Source of the DNA: Gammaproteobacteria bacterium
Lineage (GTDB): Bacteria > Pseudomonadota > Gammaproteobacteria > DRLM01
Reading direction: 5' to 3'
Length of the DNA stretch: 64,000 bases
Assembly: GCA_011375345.1 (NCBI GenBank)
Contig: DRLM01000017.1
Coordinates: 675 to 64,674 of the forward strand
Of the stretch, positions 53,357 to 61,356 are shown piece by piece. The number at the start of each line of letters is the position of its first letter. The stretch's first letter is position 1. The position numbers were made by a program, and so were the translations under genes. The notes below the pieces were generated by a model. It was given only the letters and a program-made list of their open reading frames with translations. It was not told where the DNA came from and did not search any database.

Positions 53357-54277
53357 CTATTGTTGCAAGGCCGCCACTATGGCATCGCGATCCAGATGGG
53401 GCGCGAAAAGATGGATGAACTCGAAGGCGTAGGCACGCAGGAAGCGCCCCCGGCGGATGCCGATACGGGTGGTGCTGGGCTCGAACAGGTGGGCCGCATC
53501 CAGCGCCACCAGGTGGGCATCCCGGCTCGGGTCGTAGGCCATTTTCGCCAGTATTCCCACCCCCAGCCCCAGTTCCACATAAGTTTTGATCACATCGGAA
53601 TCGATGGCCGTCAGCACCACATTGGGCTGCAAACCCCTGGCCTCGAAGGCGCTGTTGATCTTTGATCGCCCGGTGAAGGCGAAATCGTAGGTGACGACGG
53701 GATAGCGGGCGATGGCCTCCAAGGTGAGCGGCTTCACCTCCGTCAGGGGATGTCCCGGTGGTACCACCACACAGCGGTTCCACTGGTAGCAGGGCAGCAT
53801 CACCAACTCGGCAAACTGCTCAATGGCCTCCGTGGCGATGGCAAAATCAACGCTGCCCGTGGCGGCCATCTCCGACACCTGGGCCGGATTGCCCTGATGG
53901 ATGTCCAGGCGCACTTCGGGGTATCGCTGCGTGAATGCTCGAATCACCGCCGGCAGGGCATAGCGGGCCTGGGTATGCGTGGTGGCAATGGACAAGGTGC
54001 CCCGGGTCTCGCTGGAAAACTCATCCCCCACCCGCTTGATGTTATCCACCTCTCCCAGCACCCGTTCGGCAATCTCCACCACCGCCCGGCCGGGGTGGGT
54101 GAGCCCCATCAAACGCTTGCCTTTGCGCTCGAAGATCTGCACCTTGAGTTCATCCTCAAGAAGCTGGATCTGATGGCTCACGCCGGGCTGGGCGGTGTGC
54201 AGGCTGGCCGCGGCCTGGGATACATTGAAGCCGTTTTTGACCACTTCCACGATGTAACGCAATTGGCGCAGGGTCAT
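53357..54277 (-). CDS. cysB: LysR-family transcriptional regulator, CysB-like
   Basis: MTLRQLRYIVEVVKNGFNVSQAAASLHTAQPGVSHQIQLLEDELKVQIFERKGKR closely matches the CysB HTH. Divergent from a sulfite-reductase gene. Confidence 0.8.
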   Translation of the reverse strand: MTLRQLRYIVEVVKNGFNVSQAAASLHTAQPGVSHQIQLLEDELKVQIFERKGKRLMGLTHPGRAVVEIAERVLGEVDNIKRVGDEFSSETRGTLSIATTHTQARYALPAVIRAFTQRYPEVRLDIHQGNPAQVSEMAATGSVDFAIATEAIEQFAELVMLPCYQWNRCVVVPPGHPLTEVKPLTLEAIARYPVVTYDFAFTGRSKINSAFEARGLQPNVVLTAIDSDVIKTYVELGLGVGILAKMAYDPSRDAHLVALDAAHLFEPSTTRIGIRRGRFLRAYAFEFIHLFAPHLDRDAIVAALQQ

Positions 54278-54728
54278 GGCAAAATATACCCAATTGTGAT
54301 TAAACTATAAGATTATATTATTTTTCATACTATACAAGCCTTGTTACTGTGACCGGCTCAATGGGCGTATTGTCTTTTCCGGCATGTCCGACAGACCGCT
54401 TTCCCTTGCGGGGCAAAGCCTGAGGCTTTGGGCAGCAGCCGCCTGTGAATTACAATTTCCGGCTCGCACCACGGCCCGCACGCTGTCCAGCGGCGTTTTC
54501 AAGCCGGCAACACAACCATTGTCGGGTGAACGTCGCGGCACAGGGAGGTGCCGCCATTGGGGCCAGCCACTGGGAGCCCGCGAAACACCCGCCATGTTGC
54601 CAAACGGCGGGCGGATTCGCAGGTGACCATCAAACAGCCCAGGACGAGCTGTTTGATTGCCGGGTCAATAATCTGCGTTGTGGCAACAAGATCCAGATGA
54701 AGATGAAGGAGAGTAACGCCCCTGGGGC

Positions 54729-57050
54729 GTGAACAACATTATGAACGCGAACACCAACCTGGTTGATGACGAAGAAATCAGCCGCTATGAAGAGTCGGTC
54801 GAGGCATTTATGGACGGGCGCATGGACGGCGACCGTTTCATGTCCTACCGTTTGCAGCACGGCATTTACGGCCAGCGTCAGGACGGCGTGCACATGGTGC
54901 GTATCAAAGTGCCCGGCGGTGGCCTGAACGCGGCGCAGCTTGGCGTGATCGGCGATTGCCTGGAGCGCTACTCCCAACACGACTGCGCCCACGTCACCAC
55001 GCGCCAGGATATCCAAATCCACCATGTCCCCATACGGGAGACTGCAGTGGTCATGCGCGCCCTGGGTGAAGCGGGGCTCACCACCCGCGAGGCCTGCAAC
55101 AACACCGTCCGCAACATCACCGCCTGTCCCCTGGCCGGGGTGTGCCCCAGGGAACACACCGACATCACCACCCACCTCATGGGCGCTGTGCAACGCTTTT
55201 TGCGATACCCCCTCACCCAGCAGATGCCACGTAAGTTCAAAATCAGCTTCTCCGGCTGCGAGACCGATTGCGCCCAGGGCCTGATGCACGACCTGGGCGT
55301 GGTGGCAGTGAACAACAACGGCCGCTTCGGCTTCAAAATCCTCGCCGGAGGGGGCCTGGGTCACAAACCCCGGCACGCCATCACCGTGGAAGAATTCATC
55401 GAAGAGCGCGATCTGCTGGCCTCCATGGAAGCCCTGCTGACCCTGCACAACAAATATTCCGACCGCAAGCGCCGCGCCCGCGCCCGAATCAAATTCCTGG
55501 TAGACAAATTCGGCGCCGAAGGCTTTTTGGAGAAATACCGCGAGGAACTGGCCCGTACCAAGGTGGCCTATGCCGACTACGATACTCCCAAGGGCCAGTG
55601 GCAGGCCGGCGCCACCACCGGTGAGCTGCCCCTGCCCGGCGCGCCCCGCCACACTCTGGAGCAAAAGCAGGCGGGCCTGTTCGTGCTCCCCATCAGCCTG
55701 CCCACCGGCGATATCACGGCGCCGCAGCTCAGGGGCATTGCCCAACTGATGACGGACCACGGCATCAAGGAAATCCGCACCAGCCAAGACCAACAGCTCA
55801 TGCTGGTGGGGGTGGCGAAAATCAAACTGGATCCCTTGCGCCAGGGCCTGACCGCGCTGGGTCTGGGCGAGCCGAAAACGGGCGACAACATCGTTGCCTG
55901 CCCCGGCACGTCCACCTGCCGTCTGGGTATTACGTCGTCGAAAGTGATCGCCCCCAAACTCAGCGCTGGTCCCCTGGATTTGCGCATTCGCGTCAGCGGC
56001 TGCCAAAACGGCTGCGCCCAGCCGGAAACCGGGGACATCGGCATTTACGGCGAGGGCAAACGCCTGCACGGCAAACTCGTCCCTCATTATCAAATGTACC
56101 TGGGTGGCGACGGCCGCAGTGGAGGGGGGCTGGCGCTGAAGGGCCCCTCCATTCCGGTCATGCGCATCGAGCAGGCCGTGGCACGCCTGAGCAGCCACTA
56201 CCGCGAAGACCGCAACGGTGAGGAAAGCTTCTATCACTGGCTGCGCCGCCGCGGCATGGATCACGTGACCGAACTCCTGGCCGATCTCAAAACCGTGGCA
56301 GAGAGCGAGGTCACCGTCCTGGCCCGCGATCACGGCGAAGAAGAGCAGTTCCGCGTCCTGCAACTGGGTGGCGGCGAGTGTGCCGGCGCAGCGCAGAGCC
56401 TGGTATCCGCCAATTTTGCCGAGGCCGCCCATGAGCGCAGCTACCGCGACGCCTTCCGCCTCCAGCGCCAGCCCGAGGACGCTATCGAGTGCGCCGAGCA
56501 GATGCTGCGCCTGCTGGCCCAGTCGGTGCTGTTCTTGGCCGGCCGGGAAGCGCCCGGGAGCCTGGCGGAAATGGCCACCTTGCTCGCCGAAGCCCTGCCC
56601 GACAACTCTCTGGGTGCTCAGCTGGCCGAACTCGTCTCCGCCCTGAACGCGCAGCGCCAGCATTTCGAGGACCACGCCATGAAAGCCCTGTCCGTCCGCA
56701 TGGACCAGTGGATGCTGGACGCCGCGGCCACTTGCCAGGCGGTGGACCAGCAACTGGACCTTTCCGCCTCCCTGCCGACCCTGGACACCGGTGGCCCTGC
56801 CACCGCGCCGGTGATTGACCTTACCGGCTATGGTTGTCCGCTGCACTACATCAAGGCGCGCAACGCCTTGCGCGACCACCGCTCGGGTGAAGAAGTGGAA
56901 TTCCTGTTCGTCTCAGGTGACCCGTCGGAGCAGGTGAAATCCAGCCTGGCCAGCGACGGCCACACCGTGGTAAGCGTAACGGAAGAGGCAACGGCCACCC
57001 GCATACGGGTACGCAAGGGAGAAGGACAGGCCCAGGCCTCGGCTTCTTGA
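54729..57050 (+). CDS. Sulfite/nitrite reductase haemoprotein (siroheme-[4Fe-4S], CysI/Sir-like) fused to a C-terminal TusA-like (CPxP) sulfur-carrier domain
   Basis: Two nitrite/sulfite-reductase ferredoxin-like half-domains. Cluster Cys: ACPGTSTCRLG (55897..55930) and SGCQNGCAQP (~55993..56022). C-terminal LTGYGCPLHYIKARNALRDHRSGEEVEFLFVSGDP (56820..) matches the TusA CPxP motif and fold pattern. Confidence 0.8.
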   Translation: MNNIMNANTNLVDDEEISRYEESVEAFMDGRMDGDRFMSYRLQHGIYGQRQDGVHMVRIKVPGGGLNAAQLGVIGDCLERYSQHDCAHVTTRQDIQIHHVPIRETAVVMRALGEAGLTTREACNNTVRNITACPLAGVCPREHTDITTHLMGAVQRFLRYPLTQQMPRKFKISFSGCETDCAQGLMHDLGVVAVNNNGRFGFKILAGGGLGHKPRHAITVEEFIEERDLLASMEALLTLHNKYSDRKRRARARIKFLVDKFGAEGFLEKYREELARTKVAYADYDTPKGQWQAGATTGELPLPGAPRHTLEQKQAGLFVLPISLPTGDITAPQLRGIAQLMTDHGIKEIRTSQDQQLMLVGVAKIKLDPLRQGLTALGLGEPKTGDNIVACPGTSTCRLGITSSKVIAPKLSAGPLDLRIRVSGCQNGCAQPETGDIGIYGEGKRLHGKLVPHYQMYLGGDGRSGGGLALKGPSIPVMRIEQAVARLSSHYREDRNGEESFYHWLRRRGMDHVTELLADLKTVAESEVTVLARDHGEEEQFRVLQLGGGECAGAAQSLVSANFAEAAHERSYRDAFRLQRQPEDAIECAEQMLRLLAQSVLFLAGREAPGSLAEMATLLAEALPDNSLGAQLAELVSALNAQRQHFEDHAMKALSVRMDQWMLDAAATCQAVDQQLDLSASLPTLDTGGPATAPVIDLTGYGCPLHYIKARNALRDHRSGEEVEFLFVSGDPSEQVKSSLASDGHTVVSVTEEATATRIRVRKGEGQAQASAS

Positions 57051-57072
57051 ACAACGAGGGGAAAACAACAGA

Positions 57073-57274
57073 ACCGGGCGGTGCCGCAAGCGGGTCCGTT
57101 CCCTGTGCTTTGGCAGTTTGTTGAAAAGCTCCGTTGTTCAACCAGCGGTGTGGTGCAGGGTTGCACCGTCACGTGCAATGACGGCAAGTCAGTGAACAGT
57201 GAGGCGGCCGCAAACCGCGTACGCGGCGGCCGGCCTTGCAAAAGGCCAGGAGGCCTTTTGCAGCACCCTGTTAG
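57073..57274 (+). repeat. Intergenic repeat element, copy A (full length), between convergent gene ends. Terminal hairpin GCAAAAGGCC-AGGA-GGCCTTTTGC
   Basis: About 80% similar to the reverse complement of 59016..59232. Shared blocks are TTGGCAGTTTGTTGAAAAGCTCCGTTGTTCAACCAGCGGTGTGGTGCAGGGTTGCACCGTCACGTGCAATGACGGCAAGTCA and GGCGGCCGGCCTTGCAAAAGGCC. It ends CAGCACCCTGTTA, where TTA is the TAA stop of the minus-strand gene 57271..57795. Confidence 0.7.
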
Positions 57275-57795
57275 AGAGTGGAAAGCAGCGCGTTGTGCGG
57301 CACGCCGCTGGCGCGCATGTTTTCCGCCAGTGTTTTCGCGGTGAAGCGGTCCACTGAGCGGGCTTTGAAGAACACCCCGCGGAACTCCCCATTGATCGGC
57401 TCAACGACGATGAAATACGTTCCCCCCCCCTCAAAGGTGAAGGGATAGCGTTTTTTCATCACTGCTGTCTTCCAAAAGGGCCCGACCTCGGTTTTATTCT
57501 CCAGCTCCACAGACACCTCCACCCGGGGGTGCATGTAGATCAGGGTGTAATCCCCTTTGGCCAGATCGAGCAGATGATCGCCGTCCACCGCGATTTTCAG
57601 GGCATTGTCGGAAAAGCCCATGGCCCGCTCGGTTTGGGGACGGAGAAAATAGACCGTCGCAACGGCCGGCGCCGCCGGGCCGCTGACCAGATGGTGGCGC
57701 ACATTGACGGACGTGCCACTCAAAGAGCAGCCTGCCACCAGCAAGACCACCCACAAGGCCACGCCTGTTGTTTTGATTGTGCGACGATCGCGCAT
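57271..57795 (-). CDS. Lipoprotein of unknown function (DUF2846-like) containing an in-CDS G9 homopolymer
   Basis: Internal ATG 57795 gives MRDRRTIKTTGVALWVVLLVAGCS (lipobox). G9 (plus-strand C9 at 57422..57430) encodes E-G-G-G. Stop codon lies inside repeat copy A. Confidence 0.6.
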   Translation of the reverse strand: MRDRRTIKTTGVALWVVLLVAGCSLSGTSVNVRHHLVSGPAAPAVATVYFLRPQTERAMGFSDNALKIAVDGDHLLDLAKGDYTLIYMHPRVEVSVELENKTEVGPFWKTAVMKKRYPFTFEGGGTYFIVVEPINGEFRGVFFKARSVDRFTAKTLAENMRASGVPHNALLSTL

Positions 57796-58145
57796 TTCTG
57801 GTCCCCCTCCCGCAGCACGCGAATCCTTTAAGAGTCGGAATGATGGCACCGGAAGCGGGGAGAGATCAAGCATGCGGCCCCGTCATGCTACTTTGCCCGG
57901 CCTCAGCGAGGAAAAAGCCCGCTGAGTCGCGTATACTTGCCGGCTCTGCCGCCACCGCGCGTCCTGAGGTTTCAGCGCCGCCTGACAAGGCGGGAGCGCT
58001 GCAGCGCCTGGCACAATAGAATGAGCGCGCGGCTCTCAGGCGCATCGGTTTTCTGTATGTCAGTGCCAAGCCGGCGATGGCCGACATCCCGCCGGGCTTG
58101 GACCTTAAGTCCAGCGATTTTTCTGAGATAGAGAGGGCACAGCCA

Positions 58146-59018
58146 ATGTCAAAAAAGCATCCCATTATCGCCGTGACCGGTTCCTCCGGCGCCGGCACCA
58201 CCACTGTCAAGAACGCCTTCGAACACATTTTCCGCCGCGAGGGCATCAAACCGGAAGTGGTGGAAGGGGACAGCTTCCACCGCTTTGACCGTGCCGCCAT
58301 GAAAAAAGCCGTCGAAGAAGCGGCCAAAGAAAACAAAACCATCAGCCACTTCGGCCCCGAAGCCAATGTGTTCGACAAGCTGGAAGAATTGTTCCGTACC
58401 TACGGCGAAACCGGCGGCGGGAAAAAACGCTACTATGTGCACAATGAAACAGAAGCGGCCCTGCGCGGCGCGGCGCCCGGCACTTTCACCGACTGGCAGC
58501 CGCTGGAAGCCGGTTCCGATCTCCTGTTTTACGAGGGGCTGCACGGTGGGGTGGTGCATGAGGGCGTGGACGTGGCCCAGTGGGTGGACCTCTTGATCGG
58601 CGTGGTGCCCATCGTCAACCTGGAGTGGATTCAGAAAATCCACCGCGACAGTGCCGAACGTGGCTACTCCGCCGAAGCCATCGTGGACACCATTTTGCGC
58701 CGCATGCCCGACTACGTGCAGTTCATCACCCCGCAGTTTTCCCGCACGGACATCAACTTTCAGCGGGTGCCGGTGGTGGACACCTCCAACCCCTTCATCG
58801 CGCGGGACATCCCCACGCCCGATGAGAGTTTCATCGTCATCCGCTTCCGCTATCCGCAAAAGCAGGACTTCCCTTACTACCTGAACATGATCCAGGATTC
58901 CTGGATGTCCCGTCCCAACACCCTGGTGGTGCCCGGCGGCAAAATGGGCTTTGCCATGGAGTTGATTCTCACCCCCATCATCCATGACATGATGGAGCAG
59001 AAACGCAAGCTGGGCTAA
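58146..59018 (+). CDS. prk: Phosphoribulokinase
   Basis: MSKKHPIIAVTGSSGAGTTTVKNAFEHIFRREGI...VEGDSFHRFDR...LLFYEGLHGG...EWIQKIHRD is a classic bacterial (CbbP/PrkB) PRK. Confidence 0.9.
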   Translation: MSKKHPIIAVTGSSGAGTTTVKNAFEHIFRREGIKPEVVEGDSFHRFDRAAMKKAVEEAAKENKTISHFGPEANVFDKLEELFRTYGETGGGKKRYYVHNETEAALRGAAPGTFTDWQPLEAGSDLLFYEGLHGGVVHEGVDVAQWVDLLIGVVPIVNLEWIQKIHRDSAERGYSAEAIVDTILRRMPDYVQFITPQFSRTDINFQRVPVVDTSNPFIARDIPTPDESFIVIRFRYPQKQDFPYYLNMIQDSWMSRPNTLVVPGGKMGFAMELILTPIIHDMMEQKRKLG

Positions 59019-59232
59019 CAGGATGTTGAAAAAGGCCTTCCTGGTTCCTGGCCTTTTTCAAGGCCGGCCGCCGCCAACACGCTTTGCGGCGGCCCCACCT
59101 GTGCAATGACTTGTCATCATTGCACATGACGGTGCAGCTCTGCACCGCACCCAGCTGGTTGAAAAACGGGGTTTTTCGACCAGTTGCCAAGTCACCGCGT
59201 CACCCGGTGCCGCCACAAGCGGGCGGCACCGG
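59016..59232 (-). repeat. Intergenic repeat element, copy B (inverted relative to A and C). Supplies the prk stop codon and the last ~13 codons of the PAP2 gene
   Basis: The plus strand reads TAA-CAGGATGTTGAAAAAGGCC...GGCCTTTTTCAA directly after prk. The reverse complement aligns with copy A across ~200 bp, including the TGCACCGTCATGTGCAATGATGACAAGTCA core and the CCGGTGCCGCC-CGCTTGT-GGCGGCACCGG hairpin. Confidence 0.7.
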
Positions 59233-60148
59233 GAAGACCCAGGCTCAGCGCCACCCCGGCCACAATGAACTCCAGCAGGGCCGCCTGTGGGTAGCGGCTG
59301 TCGTAAAGCAGCAGCAGGTATACGGTGGCTGAAACCAACAAGGCCGCCAGTACCTGCTGCCCGGCGCGGGTCATTCCAAAGCGCCAGTGTCCCGCCAGAC
59401 ACATTCCCGCCAGCGCGCCCCACCAGCCCACCGCGGCGCCGACCAATACGTCCAGCGGCCAGTGCACACCGACCATAATGCGGGACACACCGACACCGGC
59501 TGCCATGATCAGCAAGGCGATGCGCAAGCCCCGCGAGGGAAAACAGGCGCTCATCACTGCCGCAAACATGAAGGCAGTGGCGGTGTGTCCCGAAGGGAAG
59601 GCTTTGGAAGACAACACCGGTCCCACGGAAAAGAAGCTCTCCGGCGGCAACACCGCTGGCGGCCGGGGCACATTGAACACGATTTTGCCTGTTTGAATCA
59701 GAACCGCCGTCACCACGGCCGCGCAAAACATCTTCCATACCAGCCCGGGACGCCGGCCCACCCACGGCAATGTCAGGGCAAGGACCAGCAGGGCGTCGCC
59801 CAATACCGTCCAGTTGGCCCAAAAGCCCGGGAAGGCATAAACACTTAGACGGTTTATCGTATAAAACCATTCCTGATTGGCGCCGGACAAGGCCACAAGG
59901 CCGGCCAGGGCCAATGCACTTAGTGGTACCAGATGTACACGTTTAAAGAGGTGTTGCGCTGATGTGCAAGACAACAAAAAGGACGCCTCGGAAAATTTGA
60001 GGATAAGAAGTCTAACACGTCCGTCACCGCGTACCCTTGGCCAAATATTTGGTGTATGCTGTTGCCGCGACCTGGATAGCATTCCTTCCAGCGCGCTGAC
60101 AAACGCGACGTCGCAAGGGTAAGCCAAACGCCCCCGTGTCGGGAACAA
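59192..60148 (-). CDS. PAP2-superfamily phosphatase (membrane)
   Basis: KIVFNVPRPP (KxxxxxxRP), FPSGHTATAF (PSGH) and SRIMVGVHWPLDV (SRxxxxxHxxxD) are the PAP2 signature motifs. Start uncertain (TTG/GTG candidates near 59940). The ORF-track start 60148 lies in an AT-rich stretch. Confidence 0.6.
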   Translation of the reverse strand: MFPTRGRLAYPCDVAFVSALEGMLSRSRQQHTPNIWPRVRGDGRVRLLILKFSEASFLLSCTSAQHLFKRVHLVPLSALALAGLVALSGANQEWFYTINRLSVYAFPGFWANWTVLGDALLVLALTLPWVGRRPGLVWKMFCAAVVTAVLIQTGKIVFNVPRPPAVLPPESFFSVGPVLSSKAFPSGHTATAFMFAAVMSACFPSRGLRIALLIMAAGVGVSRIMVGVHWPLDVLVGAAVGWWGALAGMCLAGHWRFGMTRAGQQVLAALLVSATVYLLLLYDSRYPQAALLEFIVAGVALSLGLPGAARLWRHRVTR

Positions 60149-60785
60149 TTACTATTAGAACAGGCCATGATCCCTTTGGCAGGACGCCACACTAATAGCT
60201 TCAATGCACCTCTTCCCCGCGCGGCTTGCAGCGCGGCGGACAGTGATACGGCGCTTACGCCCGGGCGATGCCCGCGGCACGAACGTCATCAGGGCGCCTG
60301 TCCACGGTTCACGACAGCGCCTGCCGCTTGTCCGCGACAAGCGCTCAAACCCACCGCCGGTTTCTCTGTAGGCCGCAGGCCTGATGATTTGTCCGGCCGC
60401 TTTCGCCGTTCCCTCCCTGCTCCCATAGCGCAGTCGCCACGCCCGCGGGCCGTGGGCCATCCCGGCGCCGGGCGCTGCCGTCGCATGCGCTTATGTCGTC
60501 CGCCGCCGGCGTCGATAACAATGGCACCAAGGATTCACTTGTCAGAGTTTCAAGGATATGTTGCGAAGTACAAGTCATCATCGAACCAACGCCGCCCCGT
60601 GACGGGCGCGGCCGTTTAAGCGGGCCTGACGGCGCCAAAGACGCCGACGGCCAGGTTGAAGCACATTGGGGGAGCCTTTAAAAAACCGCGCAGCGGAAAC
60701 GGACAACCGTGCCGCGCCGGTCGCGTCGATCCACCCGCCGTCGAAGCATGCGAACCTGAATACAGCTGAGCATCGAGGTATCACC

Positions 60786-61343
60786 GTGAGAAAGTTAATC
60801 GTCCTGTTACTGACGCTGGCCCTGCTGCCCCTGGCCGGCGCCGCCGAATCGCCAAAGGGAAACATTCCGGACCGCTTCACCCTCACACCTGATCCGGAAT
60901 TCCGCAGCCTCGAGGACAAAGTGAAGTCCTTGAAACAAGACGTTATCGATCTCAGCACTGATCTTTACAAACTGCAGGAATCACTTCTGACCCCGTCTTC
61001 CACCCAGGTGAACTTTTACGTGTCGGTGGACGGACTGAGCGACCTGTCCCTGGACAGCGTGGAGCTGAAAGTGGACAACCGCACGGTGAAAAATTACATC
61101 TATACCGCCCGCGAGCAGGCCGCCCTGCGCCGCGGCGGCGTGCAGCAGCTCTTTGCCGGCAACCTTCCCATTGGCACGCACCGGTTTGCGGCCACCTTCG
61201 CCAGCACCAATGCCGCCGGCAAAGTCAGCCGGGGCAGCGTCAGCGGCCAGTTCGACAAGGAACTGGCACCCAAACACATCGAAATGAAGTTCGTCGCCGA
61301 CAAAGGCGGTGAACCCCGCGTCGAACTCAAAGAATGGGAATAG
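60786..61343 (+). CDS. Secreted protein of unknown function (~185 aa)
   Basis: GTG 60786 gives VRKLIVLLLTLALLPLAGAA-ESP (signal peptide). An amphipathic/coiled segment (LEDKVKSLKQDVIDLSTDLYKLQESL) is followed by a beta-rich region. Followed 13 nt later by the TPR gene. Confidence 0.5.
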   Translation: MRKLIVLLLTLALLPLAGAAESPKGNIPDRFTLTPDPEFRSLEDKVKSLKQDVIDLSTDLYKLQESLLTPSSTQVNFYVSVDGLSDLSLDSVELKVDNRTVKNYIYTAREQAALRRGGVQQLFAGNLPIGTHRFAATFASTNAAGKVSRGSVSGQFDKELAPKHIEMKFVADKGGEPRVELKEWE

Positions 61344-61356
61344 TCGCGGTCCTGTC

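Noticed and set aside
54440-54640. Possible cobalamin riboswitch in the sulfite-reductase leader (GCCACTGGGA, AGGGAGGTGCC)
   Set aside because: Only fragmentary resemblance to the B12-box and GGGA-GGTG elements. The overall consensus and order could not be matched by eye, and B12 control of an assimilatory sulfite reductase is biologically unexpected. It would need an Infernal/Rfam scan to revisit.
54630-56879. 749-aa minus-strand ORF antisense to the sulfite reductase gene
   Set aside because: Antisense artefact, for the same reasons as above.
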